The notes under the pieces are model-generated. The model did no database searches. It was not told where the DNA came from and saw only the letters and a program-made list of their open reading frames with translations. From assembly GCA_030141605.1 (NCBI GenBank), contig JAQGDQ010000059.1, forward strand, positions 62,001 to 126,000: a DNA stretch of 64,000 bases, read 5' to 3'. Source of the DNA: Tubiluchus corallicola. Lineage: Eukaryota > Animalia > Priapulida. The position numbers and the translations under genes are program-made. Shown in pieces: positions 1 to 62,371 of the stretch (the first letter of the stretch is position 1; every line of letters starts with the position of its first letter).

Positions 1-460
1 ATTTGATTAAGAAAACATTGTCGTGTAACATTAACAAATCTACTAAAGTTAGCATCCCCTTTCAAAGTAGACCAGTTTGCATTTGGAAAATTAAAATCTT
101 TGCACAAGGTCTTCTAATGAATGCCACGTTCTGTAGTGATGGCAGCACTCTGGGTCCTTCCATTTCAGGGATTAGTCCACAATTAGCGGATCATTGTGAA
201 TATGGATTCGTATAGGGGTACAGGGTAATAGAATTGCACCCATTCCTGCCCTCTGCTTCAATATGCTGTGGTATTACAAGCCTATAATTTGATTCAAAAG
301 ATTCCCGAGCGTGCAACCTTACTCTTCATACATTACTAATCAATATCTATGGTTTTAGTTTACAAGCTATTACAGGCTCCAATACTTCTTTAAATGATTT
401 ATTGACTTTTGTAACCACTGCCCGATTGCCTTCACCTTGCTTCTAAAATAAATGGTACCA
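1..460 (-). mobile_element. Degenerate non-LTR retrotransposon fragment (APE endonuclease region, CR1-like)
   Basis: Minus-strand translation near 1-110 gives LCKDFNFPNANWSTLKGDANFSRFVNVTRQCFLNQ, resembling the GDFNxPxIxW...FL.Q segment of CR1-clade endonucleases. The sequence upstream is interrupted by stops; the boundary is approximate. Confidence 0.55.
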
Positions 461-1633
461 GCAGTTGTGAAACTTGTGTTCTAAGCCATTTGAGTAAATT
501 GACTCAAATTAAATTGCCTGTCTGATGTGTAATTTCTTTGTAATCTAAATGAAGAACTGATATAAAACAGCGTGCGCTCATATATATTTGGTGCAAAGTA
601 GTGTAGTTTTACCTGAGATGAAAATACACGAATTGTTTAAAGAAGGGTTTTTCACTGAGCAGAAAAGCTTAGCAGCAACTCAGTTTGCTCTTTATTATTG
701 TACTGTTTCTAACTCTGTGCTACCAGACTGACTTAGTGCTTACCTCATAATCTCACATGCAAGATCTGCTAAAATGTCATTATTTAGCAAATGTGAGTAT
801 TTACTGAATGTACAATTTATACTGGCTTTCTTTTTCGTGCGGTTGGACTTGGGAAGCAGGGATAAAGAATCAGCGCACTTCTGATTGGACAGTTTTCAAA
901 GTAGCCACACCTTGTCCTTGAGGGTCATGATCAAAACTCTAATATTATGGTTTTACATTGGATAATATGCTGCTTGTTTTAGCATTTGCTGACGAATACG
1001 ACAATTTCATGAAACGTCTATGGCCATTACAATACAATATGAGCATATAATGTGTAGACGAACATTAACAGCAATAGCTTGTTGGGCAATTTGAAAGATT
1101 TGCAAAGTCTTTATGTTAAATGATATTTTGGAAATTAAAGGGCATGTGGTGCATGTATGAACTTGATGCCATTGAGAGCTAAATTATACAGCTAAGAGTA
1201 GCTATTACTAGTAAGAAAAAGAAATTCATTGATTCATGAGCCGTACGAGGTGGTAACTTATAAAGATATCCAGTTCCACCTCACCAATATAGTTATATAC
1301 AGCTCCTGCACCTTAAAAATTAGCACTGCACCCGTGTTAACAGCCCTGAACAGTGTGCTTCATGCGAGGAGGAATCAATATGACCTTGGATTTTAGAAAA
1401 AGAAAAGCTGTGAATGTAGAGTTAAAGAAGTTGAAATAGTCATTAGTACTTGGATATTTTTCTTTAGTCGAGGAGTATCATAAATCATATTGCTTTCAAT
1501 ACTGTGCTAGCATTACTGTTACTATTAATTGTAACTAACTTACTAACTGGGAACAGAGAAACCATAAAGTCTTAAATGGTTTTAAGGCTAATCGTAGTTT
1601 CATCTCGTCAGTTAAAAATTGTTTTTTTTTCAG

Positions 1634-4600
1634 GAATGACAGAATGTATTATTGCTGCTGCATTAGCCAGAATTGGAAAACGTGTACTGCACATCGATAG
1701 GTAAGCTTTCCTGTAACTCACGTGAATCGGAATTATATAATGTTTTTGTCTGACATATATATATATATATATATATGTAAATGTTATTTATATACTCACT
1801 GTGACTAAACTCACTTTATTCACAACACTTTTCTTTGAAGAAATGATTATTATGGTGGTGCTTGGGCTTCGTTCAACTTGGATGGCATTCGCAAGTGGAT
1901 TGCCAAATACGAGGTGAGATGTATGCATATTTCTTGTAAATGTCACTCCAGTGGTTTTGGATCTGTTTCTTGCTTACTAACTATTGTATTTGCCATTCCT
2001 GTCATTTCTAGCTAACATTTTAGTTTACTTCTTGTTTTTTTTTGTAAGCGCTTAATATTTTTACGAGATTTCTACGATTTTTGATTACATTATCTATTTT
2101 TCCTGATGTTTTTAACAAAATATATATAATATACATTGGTGTGGTATGTGTAAGTTAAAAGGTGCAATTACTGACAAGTTAGCAAATTACTGTATTTTCC
2201 AAAGCTGCTGTCACTCGTACCATGCTCTTCCTTCGCAACAACAGGAGGAAAATGGCAAGGACCTAAATATGTTCTTTAATTACTATCTATTTCTTTCTGA
2301 CATTTTGTTTGGTTTAAGTAATGGCAGTCTGCAGTCATGAAATGAGCTCATCCATCAAAATGACAAACTAATTTTTTCTCAGTGTCTTTTGCATAAGAAG
2401 CTTTTAGTACTAGCTGATTAGTTCTTAAGTTTTGCAACTGACCTTTGAAGCTCCTTTAAAATAGTTTTACAGCTGGAGAGGTTACACAGTCCTTAGTAAT
2501 CGAAAACATTTTCCAAAACATTGAAGTAAGGCTGCTAATTTGCAAAAAAAAGTTGATGCAACCATTGCCCATGGTCCAGATCATTGTACTATATCCTTAT
2601 TACAACCAAAATTGCAAAATAAAAACATTAATTTACATTAATTTTGAATGATTGTTAGGGAGAAGCTGGACCATTAGTAGAACCAGAAATTCCTGAATTT
2701 AGTTCTCTGCTGCACTTTATTTCGTTGAACAAAAAGAAAGAAGAGAATGCAAAGGTGAGCATGAGCTGAACAAACATTTATGTATATAACATAATAACAC
2801 TGCCTATAAAAGACCATTTAAAGTCCATATAAAATAAAACACTATTTATAATACGTATATAAATATCTTTCAGAAAATCCTCGTCCATTTGTTGCTAAAG
2901 TGTTTTTGTGAGTGAGTTTGTTTATAGAAATGCTGGCATCTAAGTTCCAAATTAGTTTAGAAGTAAAGCACTGGTCTGATAAACTTGAATCATTTCTTAT
3001 TACCACCTTTCAACATTATCCTCTAACCGATTCTCTGTTAAATTTATTGATTTATTAGTTTCTTAGTATAGCTAATTTGTTTATTTATAAATAGCATTTC
3101 ATTATAATTTAACAATTAACATTATAATTTAGATTGGCATTTTAAACGAAATTTATGTATATGAGTCTATGTCTATGTTTCAGCCCTTGCAGGAAGTTGC
3201 TGAACCTGTACATCTTGCAAAAGAAGGAGAAAGGCTGTTAGATGTTCCGTTAGAGTCAAATAGTGTCAGAAATGTTGTAGAAAGAATTTATGTCAGGTAT
3301 GTTAATAAATAAATTGCATCGCTTAAACCATTAATAGCAACCTAATGATCGAACTAATTGTTAAGGTAATTTGCTCAAAGAGGAAATTAACCAGAGGTTT
3401 TTGATTATTTGCCAAACAATCACTCTTGTTCAAGAATTAATCAAGTTTTCTGATGCTGTAGTGTGATGCTTTATATGCTTTCTGAGCCTGTGAGAGGAGT
3501 GTGATTGTAGATTTCGAATTTAGTGCAGTTGTGGTATCTGAATTAATTATTATAAAATTGGCAATGGAGGATGGGGACCTTACAAACTGGAAGCCTTAAT
3601 TGAAGCTAACAATTGTTGATCACATTAAATTGCTGGATAGCTTACTTATTTTTTATACTGTACATGTATAATGTAACATTTTTTGGTAGTAGTTTTACTA
3701 ATTTTCTTTCTGGTTTAACCTTGAAGTAGCAGTTTGATGCTGTGGTCTTTATAAAGTAAAATAAACAGAAAAGTAAGTAAAGAGCAACTTTTTTAACATA
3801 CATGCCTTTCCATGAGATTTTCATTTGTGAAAAGAATATTAGTGCAGTGTCAGAGTAAGGCCGCATATCTGGAAGAGTCTGCTTAAAAAAGTGAATATTT
3901 TGTGATCCTTGTGACATTTATTAAGTAAGAGTAATAACACATAACCCGTTTATGTTAAGGACTTGTTTCTATCTTATTTTTGTAGATTAAAAGCAAAAGA
4001 ATGTGAAAAAACTCATACGTCACCTTCAGATGAAATTGTTGATGATGAAAAACTCACTTGTGATGAACTGACAAGCACTGAACCCACTAGTTCACTTGCA
4101 GAACCTTGTGTATCAGCAGGTTTAAACAAAGATGAAGCAGAAAGTTGTCAAAAACAAGTTATTGCAGATCCTGTTAAAAACGTGGACGAAGCGTCTCAGT
4201 CTGGTGCTCACTTTGAAACTCCAACAATTACACAGACTGATAATGAAGCAGTGATTTCTGATTCTACAGTAAAAGAGGAATCTGAACTGTCTGTTGAAGA
4301 GCCAAGAGAACTTTCTAATTTGGATTGTGAGGAAGCAACCGACTTTAAGGAAAATGGAAGGAATGCTGAAGAAATAGAAGATGATGATAAAGCAAATGAC
4401 AGTTCTATTTCGGAAAACCAGCCAGTTTCTTCGGGTAGTACAAATTAAATTGTTTAGATAACATTAACATTGGCTTTGATTTTGACAGAATTTGTTTCAT
4501 CTAGTTGGTTTGAAAAGGCATAATATTTTGTAAAAATATTGGATCAAAAATAATATTTAGGCAGAATCAGTTTAGTCCCACGTTTTTCGACCTCTTAATA

Positions 4601-7600
4601 TGAAATACGAATAGAAGTTCTTGAAATATAAGTACAATCTATAAATGTGGAAGAGTGTGATAACTAATTTAACAATGCCTTTGCTGTAGTATATATCTAT
4701 TGAAAATGTATTTTAACTTACATGCAAGCAAGTAATCCTCCAAGTTTAGTTATGGTTGAAAATATGTTTTACTATATTACTAGCCTTACCTTTCAGTACC
4801 CATAACAGTTGAGCTCGGTAAAAATGAATGGACTTGGGAGAGCTTGCAAAAAGAATGGCGACGATTCAATCTTGACTTAACACCCAAGTTACTTTTTTCT
4901 CGTGGGTCACTGGTAGAACTCCTTGTGTCTTCGAATGTGGCACGTTATGCAGAGTTTAAGATTCTAAACAGGGTGCTAACAATGCTTAACGGTCAGCTCG
5001 AACATGTAATTATTTACTTTTTTATATTACCACATAATTCTGCCTAAGTTGCATTATAAATATAATAGTTTTTTCCATTCTGCTTGCACAGCTCTTGGCT
5101 TGTATGGATAAATTTTAGGTACTGCATCATGTACAGGTACTTTCGGATACTTTTGTGGGTGCATCTTTGGATTATGTTCTATTAGATTATATTATGACCA
5201 TTGCTACATTAATGGTTTAACAATCTTAATTTCTATATTTATTTTACAAAAAAGCAGTTTTGATAAGTTGTGCATTTATTTCCCCTTCACTATTTTTTCC
5301 TGCTGAAGCCATCTGCCATGAGTAATTTTTAAGTTATCTTATTAACCTCCTGTATGCTGATTGTGTGTTTTAAAATAGTTTTAGTGATGTCTCTGAAAAA
5401 CCTTCCATTTTGCCAAATTTAGTCTTTAACGTGTTTTGCTATGTAAAAATAAATTCCATTTACATCTAGGTGCCATGTTCTCGTGCTGATGTGTTCAGTA
5501 ATAAGAAGGTGACTGTTGTGGAAAAGAGAATGCTAATGAAGTTTATTCAATTTTGCCTTGGTTATGAGAGAGAACCTGAAAAATATGCAGGTATACTTCT
5601 GTGACATTTTCCACCTTAAAAAAATTTGTAGCAATGGAAATATTTAAATTCTCATTAGGTTCAATGTTGATGTTAGTTACCATAACTTTTTGCTCTCCAT
5701 AACATATATGATTAGCTTGGTAGCTGCCATCAGGGACTATGTACAGAGGGTATAATTTTTTTTCACTGTATATAGTTGTTATTGTTACCCTTGGTTTGAT
5801 GTGTGGCGATACAATTTAGATATAGTGCAGGAATATCTGCATTTGCCTAAACTTTTTGCATTTTTGCTAGAAACTGTTGAGACCTAGTCAATTAAGTATG
5901 GGACAGGAAGTTTGGGAAGGAGTTTACAGTTCCCCACACAATTTAAATACTCTAACTCTAATCCTAATCCGCTTCACGAACTAATTTCTTGTATGTGGGA
6001 ATTGTAAACTTTAGCCATTGTTTGTACTATTAGTAGATGGAAGAGCATGTGTTGACCTGGAAGGTTTTTTGGATCTTATTTTACATACACAGTGGTTAAC
6101 AATATAGCTACAATTCCACTTCATTCAAATTTTTCTCGTGGATAGTACCTGGAGAAGACATACTTGGCAATAGTTCACTCATAATGTAATGTTAATCATA
6201 ATGAATAACACTGAAAGTCTATAGGAGCTTAAATGAACCCACCGTGTAGTGCCTAGCTGTTTTTCACTATGCCTTTAAGATCACTTTGCCAAAGCATTAA
6301 ACCATTGTAGTGGGATGTTGGTAGGACAACTGTAGAACAACTAGCCTTCGACATTCATTTTGTAAATTGATAGGCCTGGTTTGGTTCTACTTTCAGGGTA
6401 TCATTATCTTTAACACTGTCTTTGAATATCTGCTACTTCGCTATTTTTGAGTTTTCAGAGTTGTTTGTTGTGTATGTTTTTATTCTGTTATCTGTTTCTT
6501 GTTTCTATGTTCCATTGTGATAAAAGTAGCTTGTGAATTGTCGTTTTGTTATTTGTGTACTATTATTTATATTTGATAATTGTTCTTTCATTACGAATCG
6601 TAGATTGGAGTGACCGACCATATTCCGAGTTTCTAAAGTCACAGAAACTTACACCTAGTCTTCAGCATTACATTCTTCATTCCATCGCCATGGTAACAGA
6701 TTTGGCTACAACAATGGAAGGACTTGTTGCTACAAAGCGTTTTCTTCATTCCCTCGGGCGTTTTGGCAATTCTCCATTCTTGTGGCCAATGTATGGTAGT
6801 GGAGAATTGCCACAGTGTTTCTGCAGGTCAGTTAATGTTTTATTATTTTGTTAAAAAGAATTAAGCTCATGAATGTTTTTGTAGTCACATGTTTTTATTA
6901 GAAGATTCTACATAATTTGAGAAGAGTTTTCTGTATCCAGCCCTCGATTAAAAAATAAAATACCTGTCTACACCTGATGAAGTGTATTTTCCGAAAGCTA
7001 CACTTTTCCATCCCTTTAAGTTTTTTTACCAATTAAAATGTGGTTTTGCACATGGTTTATAAGAGTTCCGTGTTTTAAAACCTAGATCCTTTTAATTTTT
7101 TCTTTCATAAATTTTGCGCAGAATATCTGCAATGCAGTTTGATGCATATCATTTGCATAAGCAATATTGAGATTGAGCCTCTATAAATACACAGCGAGTA
7201 CAATTTCATAATTTGAGCCTTGCAAGCACTGTATACTACCATTCTTACTGCTAATTCAAGCTTACAAATCTTGCGCTTCTTGCATATATATGCTGTATTG
7301 CATCCTGTAACTAAAGACATCCGAATCTCTTTATTTGTCACTTTTGGGGCAGTCATCGATTTATTATGCTGCATTAAATTCATTAATGCATTGACTTGTT
7401 ATGCTGCATAATTTGCTTTTGTTTCTCGTACATACGTCTTACTTCTGAGTGATAGGTCCATGATTAGAAAACAGTTTTTCATAGTTGTTAATTTGCTTTA
7501 TATGTTTTACTAGTATAAATAATTCTTCGCTTTTTTTGTTTTTAATTTAAAATAATACTTTATTTGCATATGACTCAATTAACATCTATAACAGCTCATT

Positions 7601-10600
7601 AATCCACTTTGTAAGCAGAGCATAAATTTGTTGAATGATTATACAGTATACACGTATAATATTTGTGGCAGGCTGTGTGCAGTGTTTGGGGGCGTATATT
7701 GCCTTCGACGAATGCCTCGACAGATTATAGTAAACTCAGAAAACCGATGCACAGGTATCATATGTAATGAGGGTCAGCGTATAGAGTGCCAATGGCTAGT
7801 GATGGAGTCAAGTTATGCACCTTACGAATATTCATCGGATAATGAAGCTAATCAATGTTATTCCAGAGCCATTCTTATTACAGGTAAGTTCATATTCTCA
7901 TGTGCGTGCATTTACATAATTTGCTATAGGCTTTTTAAATGAGATACCTTGTCAATATTCAATTTTATCAGAAAGCATTGAGTCTGTAACCTACAGATAA
8001 TTGTAGGTTTCTAGCAAATTAATTTCTTGAAATGATGCAAAACGTTGATACTTTTTTAAAGTTAACTTAAAAGTAAACATAACAGAAAATAAAAAAATAG
8101 CCATTGCCTAATTGATGAATAATCGTTTAAATATTAGTTTTGCCATATGCTTTAGATTCTATTGCACAGATATTGTTCTATGAACTATGAATTTTCAATT
8201 TTTTAAACAGAGTTGTGTTCAGTTGATCAGGTATCTTGATGCTTAATATTTTTTCCTGTGGAACTGCTGATTGCATACAACTTTAAATATGAAGTAAACC
8301 TGTGGAGATACAATATTTTTAATTTTATAATTATAATTATGGTGAAAAAATGTTCATGTTAATATAACTTATTCTAGTAGCCTGTTCTATGACAAAAATT
8401 CTTAAACTGAATTTTTTTGCGTTACCTGTATAGATTTAAACAGTCATACTCATGTTACTCATGTTAGCCGCTATAGCCTTGAGAGTGCCATATTATTAAT
8501 GGCAAAGTAAGGAGAATCACCATATTTCCTGGTAATCTATGTTACAAAAGTAATGTATGACAATATTGCTGAACTAGTGAACTGTCTAATTACTATTCAG
8601 ATCAAAGCAGTTGTTTTACATTACTCACTATCACAAAAAAGTAGTGTTATTACAGTAATGTTTTAGCTGTTTGGTACCCAACACTATAAAGAAGTGATTA
8701 AAAATTCCTTGGAACCACCGTAGTTATACCTTTTTTGGCAAATAAATTTTAGTTCTCATATCAAACTTAGAAACTAGTAGTCATTTTTACTCAAATTTTC
8801 ATTTTTCATGGTACGTTCAGCAAGTCTTACTTTAATTTTCTTTCAGACAAATCTGTGCTGGATGAAGGCAGCGAGGATCGTCAGCAAGTAACCTTACTTA
8901 ACATACCAGCCCTGCAAGACGGCTGGTCCCCTGTGAACATTATTGAGTTAGGTCCCTCCACGATGGCATGTCCGCGGGGAACTTGTAAGTACTCTATTGC
9001 CAGATGATGGATTCTCTTCAAAATTGATTGCAGTATACCAGCAATTGATGTATATTTATTCCAATGTTACTAACATTGGTCAGTGAAGTTTTTTCATTGG
9101 GCATTATCACTTGTCATACATTACCGTTAACATGAATGCTGCATTATATGTGAAAAACCTTAGAAATTATTCTTCTTTGTCCCAAGTGTTTGGAACTGCA
9201 CAAATTTATTTTTTACATTAATACCTGCATTATTAATTCTTCATGTGTTTTTTTTGCATTTATTGCGACTTTACAAAATTTATATAACGGTTTAAAAAGA
9301 AGTCTTCACGAGTAGGTTAAATAAAGTGAATAAGAAATGTGTAGTTGTTATTGATCATTTGTAAAAACTGAAAAAATGGTTTACATTTGCTTTACTAATA
9401 TTTTATATTTATATTTTGCATTAGTGTAAAAAGCTGTGTTAGTGTATGTGGAAGCAATGGTTGCTTTCTCGTCATTTTGGAGTTTTTGGTTTAGTTTAAT
9501 GTAGCTTAATGATAGAACATTCAATTGCCAATTATGCTGCCCGTTTTCTTTTTCAGATGTTGTGCACATGCGATGTCGGGCATTGGGTAATGCTGAACAC
9601 GATTTTCAACCTATTATTCAAAAACTGTTTCAAGTTTCTAAACAGTTAGGTAATTGTTAAATTCTGTTATACTGAGTGATGTGTAGAATGCAACAAAAAT
9701 GCCCAATATTTAGGATGTAATATTGTTTTTGCGTATGTAAGACTGTATGCCTAGTACAAAAATTTCATAGTATGAATGTATGATACGACAGTTTTTTTCA
9801 TTAATAATTACTTGAGTTTGCTTGCATGTTGCAAGTAGCGTGTTTGACTTGTAAGTTGTAACAAACACCAGTCTATAACGATCATTGGATCTAGTTAGTA
9901 TAGACTTCTTTCAGTTTTTCTTGTTTTGATTAAGTTGCAACTGGAGAGTATTTTTCTGAGGTGACTTATAATTCTTAGTTTTTAGATCATTACTGTATTT
10001 CAGAAAAAAACCCAATTCTTTATTTAGATGATGATAGTGAAGATGAGGACACTGAAAAGGAGAGCGCAGATATCCGACCTAAAGTATTGTGGGCTGTGTA
10101 TTTCAACGTCTTTGATACAGCTGAACCTGGTGTTGCTGCTGCTGCACCTAGCAATATTCCAGACAATGTTATAACATGCTCAGGTCCAGATTGTACATTA
10201 GACTTTGAGCATGCTGTGCAAGAAGTGAGTAGAGTTTTCAAGCCAAATCTTTAGACACATGTACTTCTAAAAGGAAAGTGTTTTAAATTATCAGTAATTA
10301 ATTGGATGCCGTCTTTGATGTTTTTCAAAATCATTGCCGGTAGTTTTTCAAGCTACGTGTCGTTTCAAAAACTTTCTCTTCTTTATGTTTACAGTTTAAC
10401 GTTTATTCGATACCAAGGCATTTTTTTATAAAATAGGCAAAAGCATTGTTCACACAAGTATGTCCCGATGAGGAATTCCTACCGCGTGCACCTGATCCAG
10501 AGGAAATCGTCTTTGGGGAAGACGAAAATACCACGCCCACCGATGGATTCCAAGAGTTACCAACAGATGATGCTGAGAGGTCAGAAAATAATGAAATTGT

Positions 10601-10706
10601 AGCCCCTCCAGATCCGACACTTGGTCGTCCAGGAGCAAATCAGAATGATAACGGAGGAGGAGGATTTTATGAAAACCGAGAAGGAAGAACCCTGGAAGGC
10701 ACCTAA
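1634..10706 (+). CDS. CHM: Rab escort protein (Rab geranylgeranyltransferase component A, REP1/CHM-like), 5'-partial multi-exon gene
   Basis: Exons with GT-AG boundaries and matching phases: 1634-1700, 1841-1913, 3184-3296, 3986-4434, 4797-5005, 5470-5590, 6604-6826, 7672-7883, 8847-8984, 9557-9649, 10028-10224, 10437-10706 (stop TAA); about 720 codons. The translation has GDI/REP superfamily motifs ([96 protein letters not shown]). A long acidic insert and the C-terminal [12 protein letters not shown] mark it as REP rather than RabGDI. The ATG exon was not identified. Confidence 0.95.
1755..1776. repeat. (AT)11 microsatellite
   Basis: Direct reading, in the REP intron 1701-1840. Confidence 0.9.
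5922..6009. repeat. Short inverted-repeat element with CCTAA-like core (possible Helentron/HINE-type or MITE remnant)
   Basis: gtttacagttccccacaca (from 5922) pairs with tatgtgggaattgtaaac (to 6009); the internal part reads ctctaactctaatcctaatcc. The family assignment is inference. Confidence 0.5.
8440..8686. mobile_element. Probable DNA-transposon (hAT-like) MITE remnant
   Basis: Clustered gtaat/gttac subterminal motifs ending in tacccaacacta (reverse complement TAGTGTTGGGTA). Only one end is recognisable. Confidence 0.35.
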
Positions 10707-11395
10707 ACTTTAGATGTTTGAACACCAAATTATTGAGTCATTTTCTCTATTTCATCGTTTAAATGTAATTATGTAAAGTCTTCTTATATATGAGACTTTG
10801 ATCAGATAGAAATTATAGGATAGATAGGTGTTTCAGATTCACAACGTGGGTAAAGAACACATGGCATTTACTGTTACATTTCCATGATGATAGAAATTTT
10901 ACATACCTTGTTGTAAATATTTTATGATATGCAAACTTGTATTTTCATGAAGTTTTGATGTCGTAATGGTGTTAAATGCCAGCAAGCAGAGTTTACTTGT
11001 AAGTTTTTTTGAAGCTTGCAGTTAATAATGAAATAATGTACATCCTCTTAATAAGTTAACAGTCTAGCTTTTTGCATATTTACGTATACAGGACTTGTGA
11101 TTTTAGTTAGTGTTAACAGTATATATACCATTTGTGCATTTTGTCTCACCGCATTTTGTTCAATTGTATATTTTTGTGCCTTTAAGTGCATTCTATTCAA
11201 ACGACTGACAAGAGACCTAGCGCAGAATGAAGTGTGTAACTATAGTAATAAATGGCAGTGGTTGGTGTCTAGACTTCAATAGGTTTTACTCATTTAACCG
11301 TGAGTTCAGATATAGCTTGATATCTATTCTGTAGTTAAATGAATGATGGCAATTAATATAAATACAAATTTGGTAAGTTTTCTTTAATAACCATG

Positions 11396-11512
11396 ACTAT
11401 TACATAATTTATAATCGAAAGTTTAAAGATGGTAACTATCACATAATTTATAATCAAAAGTTTAAAGATGGTAACTATTACATAAGTTATAATCAAAAGT
11501 TTAAAGATGGTA
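11396..11512. repeat. Tandem repeat, 3 x 39 bp
   Basis: Unit actattacataatttataatc(g/a)aaagtttaaagatggta at 11396, 11435 and 11474. Confidence 0.92.
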
Positions 11513-12364
11513 ATGTGATTAGTCTTTCTGTATTAATTATCTGTTCATTATCTATTATCTAAGTTGCGCTTCTGCTTAATGAAATGTAATATAACATGTT
11601 GTATCCATTTTTCTTTTGTGTATCAATATGGATCGAAATTTTCTGAAACAATTCATCTTGGTTTCCCTGCCATCTCATCAAGAGTTTACTCCGTCCGACT
11701 ATTTTTCCTTATTAAAGGAGGATTTTGCACCCCGTCTTTATTGCCTCAGTATCTCATCTTAGGTATTATCCCCGATATGAACTAGGTTCCAGTCGCGGCC
11801 ACAACCTCTGCAAATTTGTTAGCCAAACTGTTGAGCACTGGACTGTGCTGAACTGTATAGAAAATTCCCTTTCTGCATAAACAAAGTACTAAGTGGGATA
11901 TTTTTACCTGAGAATGCTTTGTGCAAAATGTTGCTTAGTAATAATATTAATCAGCATGGCAAATACAGTATAGCACTTGCAAACTTATTCATAGATGCAA
12001 GATCTGACAAGTTGTTGAATCAACTTCATTGATGGATGATCACCAGAGTCCAGCAAAGAAAAGTCTAGCCTGTTTACAAAACAAACGGGCGATTTTCGTG
12101 AAACCTTCATATCAAGTTTTTTAAGCAAAGTCTAAGAATGGGGTTACTCTATTGAGTTTTTGTGTCGAACTGCCTGAATATATATCAATTGGAATGCTAT
12201 TTATTGTTGTCATGGGAATCCGTATCTTCGCAAGTGTCATTGAAGACACCGTTTATCGTTGCTTTGTCGTAAAAATTTAGCATACACAGTAATTGTAGTG
12301 TGATATCAAAATATAAAAACTGGCTAACTTGTTACAGGAATAGCAAGGACGAGAATAGCATCTC

Positions 12365-12777
12365 CAGGAATGTATCTACAAATAGGCTAACTTGGCTGTA
12401 GCCTAGGGCGCCAATTTTGAGAAGCACCAGTGTTTAGGTACTCTGTGTTAAAAAATTCCTATGCACCTCTAAAAATGTGTATTCTTTCATATCCCCTGTA
12501 AAGCGCATATTTTATAACACAAGCAGTTACCGAGGCTATTTTTATATAAGCTCCACTTAAAAATTATTACATAAACAGTACTACACTACAAGCAGTTGCA
12601 CGTCTGTCGTGTTATGCAAATGTATATAATTAACAATGACGACGTGGACACTAGGTCATAAAGCGGTACAAGTAACTGTGTGCAGCACTTCACAGATCCA
12701 TAATAGAGGTTTGTGAGCGACTGGGGCGGGGACTGAACCATCAGCCTAAGGCATTGTAATGTGTTGATACACCTCTG
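12365..12777. mobile_element. hAT-type MITE (CAG-terminal TIRs, degenerate 8-bp TSD)
   Basis: Left end CAGGAATGTATC, right end reverse complement CAGAGGTGTATC. Flanks agcatctc / agcatcat. Subterminal ataggcta...ggctgtagcctagggcgcc is shared with the element at 60129-60474. Confidence 0.6.
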
Positions 12778-13860
12778 AGCATCATGACAAAATAAATAGC
12801 TTTATACAGTTACTGCTCAAATAAGTAACCCAAAAATATTTAATGTTAGAAGTTATACGATTATCAAAGAGTTATGAGCGATAATTCGTCAGTTCTATTA
12901 AATACTTCCATATGGTTCATTGCCATATTGTAGAAGCATCCTTGATTATAAGCTAGGTATCAATCATGCCACATCCTTCAACATTTTGAATGTGATTTTG
13001 CTGTAAAATATTGTTTATCTGTCTTTTTATTATAAAGTATGTTCCATTGCAGCTAGGTTGTGTTGCTACAAATCGATAGCTACAAATTTGAAATTTACAA
13101 TGTATCCTGTTCAATAAAAAACAACCACGAAGAGAGGTTCTTAAAGCAATTGTTTTACTGCTTCAAAAGTACTGATAGCTCCTATAACAGTTAATGAAGT
13201 GTCATAACTTAGGTAAAATAATTTAGAATAGAGTATCTATAACACAACTTATTCAATTACGGGATTATTACCATTACCAAGTTTCCATTAAACATTTATG
13301 GGTGTTCAATATAATAAAATGCTGTATGTATAACGTACTCTCGTACCCAGTAATAAAAATAAATAACTACCAGACTCTATTTACAACACAAAATTTGATA
13401 ACTTCATACTTTACTTTACAGAATGAACATTAATCTACATTTTAGGCCATTAGTAATTTTAAGTTGACTCAAACCATTCACAAGATTTCCTGTCACTTTC
13501 ATTTTGGCAACGTTCTATAAGACGCTACACTAACTGAACATCGTACAAGTTGTGACTGAAGCAATAGCCTAATTACTAGGCAGCTAAGACTTTTAACAGC
13601 CAAATAATAAGTAACTACAGACTTTGTAATTATCACTTGTTACAATTACATAGTGACAACCACTGAGTCTTTAAGCACGAAAACCACATGATATGTGTCA
13701 CTGGAAAGAACCCCCGAGTGACTTCCTGAGAACCAAACTTACAATTACAGAAAGCAAGCAGTTTATATTTGGTTTACACAACTGCTGCTTTAATAACAAC
13801 AACTAGAGACTTAACCGTATATTGTTTGCTTGTCATAAGTTGAAATTTTTCTAATTGTCA

Positions 13861-62371
<48,511 letters not shown>

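Noticed and set aside
967-1050. Short ORF containing ADEYD as a possible REP first exon
   Set aside because: Lacks the expected DVIV(L/I)GT motif and a phase-1 donor, and runs into a stop codon.
5591-6603. REP intron donor gtatactt resembling the U12 consensus
   Set aside because: Mismatch at the diagnostic +5 C and no convincing TCCTTAAC branch point.
11396-11512. 39-bp repeats as a CRISPR-like array
   Set aside because: Head-to-tail units without unique spacers, in a eukaryotic intron-rich context: an ordinary minisatellite.
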